DNA of 64,000 nucleotides from Ruditapes philippinarum (Eukaryota): NCBI RefSeq assembly GCF_026571515.1, contig NW_026862606.1, positions 124,001 to 188,000 of the forward strand, read 5' to 3'. Shown piece by piece: positions 13,867 to 26,329 of this stretch (position 1 is its first letter; each line of letters starts with the position of its first letter). The notes under the pieces were generated by a model. It saw only the letters and a program-made list of their open reading frames with translations, ran no database searches and was not told where the DNA came from. The position numbers and the translations under genes were made by a program.

Positions 13867-16800
13867 AACAACAACAACAACAACAACACATCTTTTATTC
13901 ACTCAAACATGCATACAACATGTAATATGAGGATAATGTCAAAATATTTAACGAGACATTTATACAAATTGAGATCAGAATATAATTACTAAACAATATC
14001 AACATATCTATAACATATTATTAAATTAAATGCATATTTTGCTTAGGAAACATTTTTTTTTCTTTTTTTTAAACTTATTAAGAAAATGCAAACCTGAATT
14101 TTACAACATTCAAATACTGCTTGAACAGAATGTAAGATATTTATTACTAGGAGAATGTAGCTATAAATGTGATATAATTTGTCATAAAAGTTGTAAAATA
14201 AATAAAGTAAATTTTAACTTCCATACAAAATGCTTATTTACTATACTTGTATTTATTTCTAAAAAGCAAATTTTGAAATGAAAGATGATTCATGAAATAA
14301 ACCAGTGATTAATCGTTTAATTCTATAAAAGTACAGCAAAAACTTAGTCTTATGAGAAATGAAAAAAAAAAAAAGTATATGTGAGGTATAAAGGACCTTT
14401 GCTGTATAGTAAGAAAGTGTATATCATTAAAACAAAACTATATCTCAGAACATTACAAAATAACAACTGACTTTAAAATGAAAACATAAATATTTGATTA
14501 CATTCTTACACTTCTTATAATAATCATTAAGAATTTGCATAGTTTATAAAATTCAGGCGAATCTTTCATTGTAAAAAGTTGTTCTAATTTAAACATATTA
14601 GGACGTCTATAAAAATATGGTTTTATAAATTGTCTTCTTTCATTAGAAAATCTATTACATTCGAAAAGATAATGAAACTCATCACCGATTATATTTCTAC
14701 AAAAAATGCACATTCTTTCATTGACAGGTATATTTGACCAATTTCCAGTTTCAACTGGTAATCTATGGTTTCTTGTTCTGAATTTGACATAATTAAAAAT
14801 CATTGCATTTTGGGAGTACGAAAGATAAGGTTCTATTCCAAAAGATTTTTTAAAAATTTTGTAAAAAGGACTATTGCTCGATTCATTTATCTTTGAATAC
14901 CATTCATTTAAGAAAAGATCTTTTAGCTTTTGTTTTACTGTTAATTTTAACCATTTGGTACCGGGAAAATTATGATCAATCCAAACATTGTTAATTCCGC
15001 ATTTTATTAGTATTGATTTTAAATTATAAATCCACAGATAATTACGTTCAAAATCATTATCATTAATATCTACTGTATTTCTTAGCATATGACGATATAC
15101 AAAGTATGATAATCTATTTGGTATTAAACCATTTTCGTTCTGAAGGAGACGCGCCCAAAATGAAACTATTCTTTCTCCGATATCTACAGACAATGGCATG
15201 CATCCCGTTTCACCGTATATGAAATAACTGGCCGTCGAACGTTTAAGTTTAAGGATATGTTTTAAAAATTTGAGTTGTACGCGTTCAATAACGTCAAGAT
15301 TACCGTATCCCCAGATTTCAGAACCATAAAGTAATATTGGTTTAACAGTTTTATTAAAAAGTTCAATTTGTAAGTCAATTGGTAAATTTAATCTATTTGA
15401 ATTTCTTATCAGGCTGTACATCGATCTTGTAGCTTGTTCTGCAATATGTGTCTTAGTTTTAGCGAAAGAACCATATCTATTAAAAAATATGCCGAGGTAT
15501 TTATATTCATTTACTATTTCGATTTGTTCATTTTTATAAGTGAAATGATAATTTCTTTGTCTCCCTTTTGAAAATACAACTATCTTGGTTTTAGAAATAT
15601 TGACTTTTAGTTTCCAAATATCGCAATATCTTTCATATGTATTAAGCGCTTCTTTTAAGTCATTTGCTGTCTCGGCCATAATTACAGTGTCATCTGCATA
15701 TAACAGAATAAAGATTTGTAAAAAAATGTATAGCTCGTTTATATTCTGATCATTATGAAGCAAAATTCCACGTGTATTACTATTATTTTGAAAGAAATCT
15801 TTAAGATCATTCAAATACATCGAGAAGAGCAAGGGAGATACATTTTCCCCTTGACGAGCACCTATATTACATGAGAAAAAGTTAGATAGTTGACAATTTA
15901 CTTTCAAACATGATTTAATTCCTTTGTATATATTTTGTATAACCTGAAGACATTTACCTTGTATATTAGCATTAATTAATTTTTCCCATAGACCATTTCT
16001 CCACACAGTATCAAATGCCTGTTTTAAATCAATAAATGAGCAAAATAGTTTTTTTCCGGTATTATTTAAATATTGAATGATATGGTGTAGAATGAATATA
16101 TTATCTGAGGTTGAAAAACCTTTTCTAAATCCTGCTTGTGTGTTATTAACAATATCATTTGACTCTACATAATCAGTGATTCTTTTATTTAATATGCTTG
16201 TGAAAACTTTGCCTAGGCAACTTAATAATGTAATTGGTCTATAATTTTCTGGTTTAACAGGATCACCCTTGTTTTTATAGATTGGATTGATGATTCCAAC
16301 TGTCCAGTGTTCTGGGATTAAACCCGTATCAAGCACTAAGTTGAATAATTTGACATAAACATGTTTCATCAAAGAGAGAGAGGCCTTAATCTGTTCATTT
16401 ACTATGTTATCATAACCACTCGCTTTGTTATTTTTTAGATTATTAACTGCTTTAACGACTTCATTGATATCANNNNNNNNNNNNNNNNNNNNNNNNNNNN
16501 NNNNNNNNNNNNNNNNNNNNNNNNNNNNNNNNNNNNNNNNNNNNNNNNNNNNNNNNNNNNNNNNNNNNNNNNNNNNNNNNNNNNNNNNNNNNNNNNNNNN
16601 NNNNNNNNNNNNNNNNNNNNNNNNNNNNNNNNNNNCACCTGTACTATAGTTTACTCCTTTGAAATAATTGAATAAATCTGTTATATTTGCTTCAGTTTTA
16701 TTTTCCTTTTTGCCTTTTAAAATTTTCCAGTATTTTCTAGAGTCATTGCCTTTTATTTTCCTTAACTTGTAAACATTAGAATATTTGTTTTTGTCATGGA

Positions 16801-17485
16801 ATTTCTTCATTGTATTTTTGTATATATTTGCTTTTCTTCTAAGATTTTCTTTTGTTTCATTGTTTTTCCGAAGTTTATATAAGTATTTAGCAGTATGAAA
16901 ATTTCTTCGAGCTTTCTTACATTTAGGTCCGAACCATGAGGGATTAGATTTATTGCTTTGTGTATCATTTGTATTATTATAATTTAATTTATAGCCAAAC
17001 GCTGTACGTGATGTATCGATGAAAAGAGTTGATATTTCGTTAACTAACATATTTAGATCATTTTGACCGATGTCGTCACTTAATATAATGTTATCAAGAC
17101 TGCTGTTTAACATTTGTATTTTATTTTGATCAATGATATTGATAAAGTTATCAGCCCTTTTTTGATCCCAAAGCTTCACAGTCGGAGACTCGTCGCACTG
17201 TGTTTTGATTAGATTATTTAGCTTAAATGACAATTTCAGTTCAACCGAACTATGGACGTCTGAAAATAACGGGCAAAAATCACATACCTGTAGGGATGTG
17301 ACATACTTGAATATTTTCGAGTTACAAATAAAATAATCAACTGTACTCAGTCCTTTACAAGTAACTTTTCCAGGCATGTCATTAGTAGTACGGCCATTTA
17401 GTATATATAAGTTATTAAGATTTAAAAAATCAATAAGCTTACTTCCATATGTATTCAAAGTTTTGTCGCAATTTACCCGCAACTT
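13867..17485 (-). mobile_element. Young 5'-truncated RTE-X-like LINE; ORF2 (14498-17482) has no stop in the called bases
   Basis: 994-aa ORF: C-terminal part of the APE endonuclease (LNGRT, VDY, SDVH), RT (QAGFR, DLKQAFD, QGENVSP, YADD, YKYLG) and CxxC..H..C. The 3' UTR ends AATAAAAGATG(TGT)n. An N gap lies inside the ORF. Confidence 0.95.
16473..16635. other. Assembly gap (N run)
   Basis: Run of N bases inside the LINE ORF. Confidence 1.
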
Positions 17486-18849
17486 ATGTACTTATAAACA
17501 GGTACGTATATATGTTAATATACGTACCTGATATAAAGAACTATCAAATCTGCTCATTTCTAATTCATATTCGTCGGCGATATCATCTAAATGCTGACTT
17601 TCGAAAAGTTCGGTATCAAGCGTTATATAATATACAGTTACATGAATTTTAATAGAATTGTCTATAGTTGTAGTGTCATACTAATCATTGCACAGCTATG
17701 ATTTAAAACAAAACATAATACATACTATATGCACACCAAAATATACGTTTCGAAATATCAAGCTACATCTAGTCAACTTTGTCAAGGAAATAGATATGTC
17801 CGGACTTTGATTTTTTCTACTATGATATGGATCTTCATTGTGATTTCCACTTGTCAAACATCTGCAGACTTGTAACGTTCAAATTATGTTTACCCATCAC
17901 AACAAACGCATTAAAGAACAGACTATCAATTTCCCTATTTCACAACATTTTCGTCAAGATTTTTGACGATATGAATTTTTTCAATTTTTACATTTATTTT
18001 AAAAAGTAAACACGGTTTTGCTAATGTTTTAAGAAAATATAACAGACGTAGGTACAAAAAGTTAAAAAAAAAAAAAAAAAAAAACAGAAAGAGAAAAATG
18101 ACGTTAGATTTTCTATGTAACGGTCGATTTTTACATTTGAATTTCGACGTTACGTCATGTGACTTTCATCATCATGTGACGTCTGTGAAGGCAGTAATTA
18201 CAATTCTGCCAAGGGAAGTAATCAGTGTGAGGAGTTTGACAAACATAGTGTAAAGACGTGCTAAATGTTAGCGTTATACTGTAGGCACGTCAATGAAAAA
18301 TGACTCTTATATCACTTTAAACGGTTTTTATTTTGGGTATGTGACAATTATCAACACAGTATGTACAATTAAATTCATTAGCTTTCCATATATACTAGTA
18401 TCTAACACGATTCTGGACAAAAAAAACAGTGCAAAATGAACGTGTACGATAGCCTAAATTAAAAAATTACATCTAAAAAAGTTTTTTAGCATTATCTGAA
18501 TGTTTTCGGTTTGAACAACAAATCGTTGTTTTTCAAAAAAATCATAAGCTTAAACTGCATTTATACAAAATATTAATACATAGATTTTCTTTTAAAGCAA
18601 AGGCTCAACAAAATAGACATTGTTACAAATGAAATACATGTACAATATAATGATATATTTACCATCAAAACTTTAATTTGATTGCATAATGTGAATTAAA
18701 AGCAGTACAGATAATATGATAAATATAAGATAAACGAAAAGTAACAAGGTTGAAAAGCGAATTAACTCTTTATAAATTAATGCCATACTTTTAATTGAGT
18801 TATGTCCCTTACATTAAATATCATATTATTACTAAAAAATTCTGTAACA

Positions 18850-20330
18850 GTATCGCTCTTATTTACATATTTGTATTCAAATTGGTATTTTATATCATTA
18901 AACAATTTTCTTAGAAAACTAGGTAATGCTTGACGTGTATAATTGTACTAACAATTGTTACGATATTTCCAAATTGCCAAATTGGTTTCAAATATGACAG
19001 TATTGATCAATTTATTTTTAATTGCTTGTTCAAAAGACCTTAAGAGTGCAGTAGATCGAAAATTAGAAAAATCAGTGTCTAAGATTTTAGCGCAAAACGA
19101 ATTTCAGTGTTACAAGAAGGAAATATATCTTTTACATCGTATAAAGACTTTGGCTTAAACTTTGCATTAAACCGACACCAATTTTGGAGCGTACTTATGT
19201 AGATTATCGACAGAAGAACATTTACATAGAAAATGATAATTTCTGTCTTTCCCATTAGTATAATATTTTTGTAAAAATTATTTTCCTATTGCGTTCCAGT
19301 TCTGTATGTCAGAGTGTGTAACTGTGTATATTATGTAACATTCATACTAGCTAGAATATTAAAAACATTGCATGTACCATTTGATGTAGGTTTAGACCAC
19401 TAATTTTTGTGCAAACTTTCAGATCAGTCGCGCACTTCGTTTTTTCCAGAACAATTATTCAAATGGTAAAAAATTATCCAAAATGAAAAGCGTTTAAACG
19501 CTTTTAACTCAAATCTGGCTAAGAAAAAAGATAAAAATACAATTTTCAATTTATTTCAAAGTATATTGCTTAACTTTCTTTGAAAATATTTCTGTAGTGC
19601 TCTAGCTCATTTATGTAAGAAAGTCAAATGTAATGTTTTTAGGCTTTTAACCTCAGTAGAGTCCTTTTAAGACCTCCATCTTATCAGGGGAGCGCCCCCG
19701 ATAATGTTGTTATGACTTTTGGCCCAACCCTTTTTTGTATATCTACATTAATGTACGAGTATTTATGTAAAATTGTGAAAATTTATGTATGTATTTATAT
19801 ACAATAAAATATGTTTAAACTAAACGGTCAATGAGAATAGCGTTTGTTTGTTGTTATTGTTTTTTCCCCTTCTTTTGCCTTTTGCCTTTTTAACTAACGG
19901 CCGCTTGTTGCCCCAAAGAAAATCGACCATTTTTTTTTTTGGTTTCTACTATGTATGTCGGTATATACGTATACGGCACGTTTCAATTTCAAAAATAGAA
20001 ATAAGAGAAACAACATATGTATTAAGAACAAGAATTACGCCTTTAAAGGTCAGACTACTACTGAAAAACATTATCTTTTCTGTCTAGATCTTGTTCGTAT
20101 CTATATTGTTACCGTGACATGTTCCTTAAGTTTAAACATGATTTCTTGTCCATTAGATATCTTTGAATTTCGAAGTCGTTTCTTTTTGATTTTCCAATAA
20201 AGATTCCTGCAGTTTTATCCTTGTTCATTTTAGCCCCAGATAGAAGTTCATATTCTCTTAAACTGTTAAATATTACTGGAACTGAAGACTCATTCTCACA
20301 AAAATTGTGTAAACTCAAGCTCATGGTCAT
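18850..20330 (-). mobile_element. Old fragments of an L1/Tx1-like LINE ORF2
   Basis: YELLSGAKMNKDKT (late RT region) at 20109-20330 and NLAIWKYRN (Tx1-like C-terminus) near 18960. Heavily degraded and interrupted. Confidence 0.45.
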
Positions 20331-21418
20331 TTAGTATGGTGGCTGACTAGTGCCATTCGCGTTTTTGGTCCGCGACCCCGCCAAGCGAAAGGTCGAGAAT
20401 TAATATAAGGTTAGTTATTAAGTGTTTTCATAATGGCATTGTTATTGGGCTGAAGACTTCATATTAGGATGAGGCCTTTGACAGTCTAAAGCCCAATAAA
20501 AAGACCATCATAAAAACACTTAATCATTCACATTTTATTAATTAACTAAACATTATCTTAAAAAGTTAAGTACCCCGCGCCCCGCCGTTTATTTCTTAAA
20601 TCTCGCTCCGCGACCCCATGGGGCTAAGTTTTTATATTTAACTTCGCCCCGCAGCCTCACTAATAAACGTGCACCCCGGCAATTTAACTTGTTAATTCTT
20701 GATTTTTCTCGACTTGTATATAGTAGTAATATTAGAAAATAAGTATTAATTTGTTAATTCCATAAAAACGAAAAGTTCGCACAATATATAGAAATACATG
20801 AAAAGTAAGATAGCTAGAAAATGAATGTAAAGAAATTGAAAATAAAAAAAGTTTGTCCGAACTTTTCATTCGTTCTAGAGTGATATAAATGTACTCGTAT
20901 ATTCAGACTAAGGAAAAGTATGTTTACCTCATTTTAACTGAACAAGTTGAAAAGCACAATTTAACTCACGGACGGCCATACAGCACCTAATCATATATAT
21001 ACATTTATTTTTCTTCGACCAGATTGAGCTTCTCAAAGGTAAAAAAAATGCTTCCAATATGTTTAAAACTGAAAAGGAAGTCCTAAGATAAGGTTATTGC
21101 TGCGGGCAAGTCCTTAAAATTTAATCAAGGTATACATTTTTCAATAGGAAAGTCTTCTAAAAAGGACACTCAGTGTGAGAGTTTAACAGTTGTCATGGCC
21201 AAAATAGGTATGTCCGCTAAAAAATTCTTGCGTAACGTTTGATAAGATTCTTTAATAGGTCATGAAAACAAGTTATCGGTCATAGAAACAGGTTATCGGT
21301 CAGGAAAATACAAACAGTAATGATGGCTGTTAATTTTTGAATAACATTTCATTCTTCGTATATACGTTAGACCAAGATCATTTTGAACAGACCTCTAAAC
21401 ATGTATACTGAAGATGAG

Positions 21419-21479
21419 TATATATAATGCCCGCAAAGTCTTGGTATATTATACAAGATTACCTGTAACCAAAGTAAGT
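21419..21479 (+). promoter_or_regulatory. Candidate TATA box, short non-coding first exon and splice donor for the secreted precursor gene
   Basis: TATATATAA at 21419 and a consensus GTAAGT donor at 21474. An acceptor (tttcaatag) ends at 22674, 7 nt before the ATG. Confidence 0.45.
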
Positions 21480-22681
21480 ACGAAACATGAATTGTTATTT
21501 TATTAATACATGCTTTCTAATTTGTAGCTTTTTCTTAAATATAATAGCAGATTTTAGGTATTCTGCGTTTCAAACAAATATGCAGCAACCGATTCTCTTT
21601 GAATAGCAAGGGCGGCAAGTTGAAAGATGAGATGATCTAACATTTATGGAACCAAAAAATTGTTGCTCTGACAATCATTTCTAACAATATGACAATGTCA
21701 GTACAGTGTCAGGAAAATATAGTGTTTTCTTTTAGAGTAAAAAAAATACTGATTCTCTTCATGTGCGGCATTCGCATTTTGCTACAATGATCAGGTCATT
21801 TAATTTGTTTCAATATTTTTAAATATTTTATCACATTGGATTTTCGGACATAATTATAAAAACGTTTGTACGACAGGCTAATCAGCTCTGTCAAATTTAG
21901 TATCTTTTTTAAGTTTATATAAATATTTGAATAGTTGATATGGATATACGATGAATGCGGGTATTTATTACTGTCAAGAAACATTCTTATGCAAGTTTGT
22001 TAAACCGTTTGAAATTTTCAAAGCACTGACAAATTGATGGACAGCAGTGATTTGTTTTTTTCAAATGAGACTTTAATGACATTAAGGGCAAATTTAGCTG
22101 TCAGCAATTGATCGAATAATTGATGCATCGTCATATGAAACATTCAAAAGTACCTCCATTGAAAGAATAATTAAGCGTTCGATGTATGTTCAAAATTGCC
22201 ACTTAACTTTAAAAAGTAATCGAATAATTTGTTTGATAAAATTTTATGTCTACATGTACTTGTAATATTCATACTATTTTTTTCTCAACTTTTTTATGAG
22301 AAACTGCTACAGGAAAAGGAAAAAATACTAGGTAGTTCAGGTCTTTAAATTAATATAGAGTATTCCGCACTTTGTGAATAAAAACAATAAAATAAAATTT
22401 TACCTACATACTTTGTGTTTTCATTCCTACACTGTACTACATTTATTGATTTTAAGAATAGAAATGCCAACGTTATGGATCAAAAGAGCCAAAATTTACC
22501 ATTTTATTTTTTTAGTTAATTCTCTTAATATGTACCGACAGACGAGGTGGCTGTATTGAGGGCGTGGCACATATGCTTTGATAACACATATTTCACTAAA
22601 TCCGAATATATGTTTTGTATGGTTTAAAAATATTCATGGATTTATAAAGATATCTTTTTAATTCATTTCAATAGATCAACC

Positions 22682-23317
22682 ATGAACGCCGGACTCCTTT
22701 TTGTCGCATTTCTTGCTGCTTCAACGCATGCGTTCTCTATTCACTCCGGGAATGTTGAGGAGAAACTCCGTCTTCTGAATCCTTCATTTATGATGATGGA
22801 ACAATTGTTCAATCTCCAAGATGAAACACAATGCATCGAGAAACTTTTCTGTCTTATGGAAACTGAGATGGCCGGAGAAACTGAAAATCCTCTTAAGCAT
22901 TACTCAAGATTCCTGACAAACCTCTACCAAGAAATCGAACCATTGGCATTTGAAAAGGTTAAAGGTCTCCTTGCAAAATATCCACACATTTCAAAGGTCA
23001 TTGACGCCATTGCCTTTGGTCAGAGCAGCAACAGCGAGGCATGCAATGTGAAGTATGAGGAATGCCCAAACGAGAAGAGCGAGCTAGTTTCCTTTGCCAA
23101 GATGCTCGGAGATAATGTTGTAAACAAACACATGCCAGGCTTCTTAGCAAAACGAGGAGACCCAGTGTGCACTGGTGCTGGAGTTAGCTGCGGTTTAATT
23201 GGAGGTGGTTGCGCTGTTTGTACCGTTGTCACAGAGGGTTTGTGTGGTATTTTATGTGGACCGGAAGTGGCTGCTGCCTGTTCTGGAGCTGGTCTTGGTT
23301 GTGCTGTTAAAGGTTGA
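22682..23317 (+). CDS. Secreted precursor: signal peptide + DM4/DM12-like domain + KR + 8-Cys Gly-rich peptide
   Basis: Intact 211-aa ORF, more GC-rich than its flanks, with ACCATG start context. Hydrophobic signal MNAGLLFVAFLAASTHA; pattern CIEKLFC...AIAFG...C...Y..C; dibasic KR; terminal Gly. Upstream splice acceptor and AATAAA at 23340. Confidence 0.9.
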   Translation: MNAGLLFVAFLAASTHAFSIHSGNVEEKLRLLNPSFMMMEQLFNLQDETQCIEKLFCLMETEMAGETENPLKHYSRFLTNLYQEIEPLAFEKVKGLLAKYPHISKVIDAIAFGQSSNSEACNVKYEECPNEKSELVSFAKMLGDNVVNKHMPGFLAKRGDPVCTGAGVSCGLIGGGCAVCTVVTEGLCGILCGPEVAAACSGAGLGCAVKG

Positions 23318-25840
23318 AAATAGCTTGTTGATTTTAATCAATAAAATCATGTTGTACAAGTATTTGTATTATTGTTTTTTGAATATATATCATTGAACCT
23401 GACTAGTTTGGATAAAACATGTAAAATTTAGTTTAAAACTTCACCAAAATGACTAAAAGTGCCTAATTAAATTTTAATATTGGCAGTTTTTGTAGCGTTA
23501 CAAGGTCAGAGACGTTACAAAATGTCTAAAATTACGCCTGTAACACATTTTCTGATGTTTTATAATGTAAAGTAAAAGAAACAACTCTAGTTAAATTTTA
23601 AATATTATCAGTGCAATTTGAACTTTAATTGTGCAAAATATGAAACTTGTGCGATTTGTGTATCCGTCACAAGTTATCTTTTAGTTCAATATTCTGATAC
23701 AACTTTAATGATTGCTTTTTTCTGCGTTTCTTTTTTTTTTTACTTTGATCTTCGTTACCAGACTGAAATTAATTTGCATCAGTTAGGATTAAAGGTCATA
23801 CGTTTATATTGCAAAAATATACAATATATGTTACAAACAGGTTTAGACTACCTTATTACATTTATATGTTAATTTGCTTTATACGAGGCACAACGTGTTT
23901 TTATAAATGAGTCATACCTGTGAAAAGAATGATTAGTAGAGTCCTTCGAAATACTCACCATGGACCTCTTTTTTAGCCTCAGAATCAATTTAGAAAAAGA
24001 TTTGTGTATATTGTTTATACAGTACAGTAAAAAATAGATGAGGTTGTCATACCTTAAATCCAAAGCTGTAATCCAAAAGAGTTATGTTGTTTTACCCTGG
24101 GAAATAGTTTGAGACCGAAAGCCACACGTATGGCTGTAATCTACGATTTGATATAGAAAGGTCATCTACTTCCATGAAAAGGAGGTGGCCGGAGTGGATC
24201 TACTCTTCGCCCCCGCCCCCCTACTCCCCACCGAGAAAATAATGTTATATTTGCTCATATTCAATAGTGTATCATCCGATGCATTTACACACATAATGGA
24301 TACAATACCAAACAACATTGTATAAAATTTTCAAACATTTATTCGAACACATACGGTTATAGAAGTTAGTGTTACGTGACTGTCTTGTTACTTGTAATAT
24401 AATGGTGAATTAAAACCAGCATGTTTTAGAGGATACTGTCGAGTAACTGAGTTGTTGTTCAAGAAGTTATTATCAATTTTTACACGAGCATTGGTGTTAA
24501 TCACCATAACACGTGACTTATGTTCCCATTTTACAATGTAATATTAGGGTTTTTTAGTGTGAGTCGCACTTCCCAAGTTCCATCTGGATAATTCATCGGT
24601 TTTAAACTGTTTTAACTGCGCATTTAAGTATATGTAAGCATTTTCAAATGGAGTGAGATCTATCTGCTGTATCAGGTGAATCTGAACGTGAAAGCTATCA
24701 TATTTAGAAAAGAAATAGGTACGTTTTAGTAGCAACATAAACATGTAGTTTAACATGTACACCTATAGGCTAGTAAGACCTACTAAATGTGGATAAATGA
24801 CGTCAAATTAGAATCTAATGATAATAGACCACGGCATGTTAGATATGTAAAGAAAAGTTCAGTCTTAAATAGAATATACTTATGAGATATCATTTCCTTT
24901 TTCAAGCAAGTATACATATTCATGCCAAATTCTATTACAAACCTTTATAAAAAATGTACAATATGCTGATATTTATCTCAATATGTACACGAAGGGCCGT
25001 TACTCAAAACCCGTAGGTGGAGTGAATCTCATTTCCTAATCATTTATGCAAGTTTATTTTAAAACCCCTAAATAAATATTATAGGATTGTTGACCGGACA
25101 AGAACATCAATACACGTTTATGAAATTTTACCCAACAGCTCTATATGCTAGACATTTATACATAGTTTTTCCAAAATAGATTAATGAATGACAGTCATGA
25201 ACTGGACACATCAATCTATCTATTCGCAATCATATTTAGATACTTAAGTTGAGGACAAAGCTAACTCTTGTGTGCCACACGTTTTCACCAAATCCAGCAT
25301 ATATATGCCAAGTTATTTCAAAATGGCAGAAGAATAATAATATCTGCCATATGTTCGGAATATCCGTCCCGAGGGGACCCCAATCATTGAGCGCTAACAC
25401 GATTTGCCGAGTTTTCGCCCTTGAGCGGATTCCTGAGGGACGGATATTCCGATCCAAACAGCAAACATATGTCAAATATTTTTTCTTGCATATTATTCAT
25501 ATTCAAAACGGTTTACCTAAGCCCAAAATGTCATGAAAATAGATTAAGTTATCAAACACGAATATAAAACATATTTGTTCTACTTGATTTTTACGAATGA
25601 AAATAAAAATAATTAAAACAACATCACATAAACTGTTAATAATAACAGCTCCTACCATTGGACAAAAAAGGCATACCATAAAAGACGCCGCCGCCAATAA
25701 CTACAGTCTGCAATGAACTGTCAATTTTCATGATAATTACATGTTCATGCTGAAAGGTTTTCTGACTTATGAATATGAGTAAACCTCAATAATACTTTCG
25801 GAAGAAAGATACAGAATTACGAAAGTTATTTGTTGTACAG

Positions 25841-26150
25841 GTGGCGCCATAGCTCAGTTGGTAAGACCACTGACTCTCACTCATTAGGTCCCGGGTTCGA
25901 TCCTGGATAACAGCCTTTGGATATTTCATACCAACCTAGAGGTGTACTGGAAAGAAATCCAGTTAATTCTCGAATGTATCATGCCATGTACACATAACCA
26001 AGGGGTCTGTCTATTCAATAAGAGCTAGGGTCTGGTTCCCTTGTATCTCATAGCTGTCCTTGAATCTAAAGTCATGTCTACGTCCCCGCGAGGGATTTCA
26101 TACCTATGGAAGACATATCTAGATTCTATTCACATGAAGCAACAGTCACT
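25841..26150 (+). mobile_element. tRNA-derived SINE
   Basis: A box TAGCTCAGTTGG and B box GGTTCGATCC followed by a ~230-nt non-tRNA body. Confidence 0.75.
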
Positions 26151-26329
26151 TAATATATAGATAAAGCAAAATAAGAAGAGACATGATGAAAAGAAATGAG
26201 GGTGAAATCAGAAATTATGTAAGAGTTTGTATATCAGAGACTTTTAATTATAGAAGATATGTTTATATAATTAGTGATATTGATAACGTAAACTATAAAC
26301 CTTAAAATTAAGTATACATGTATTGTAAC

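Noticed and set aside
25841-25915. Possible tRNA gene (also 6560-6643 and 30940-31305)
   Set aside because: A and B boxes are present, but there is no complete cloverleaf and SINE-like bodies follow.
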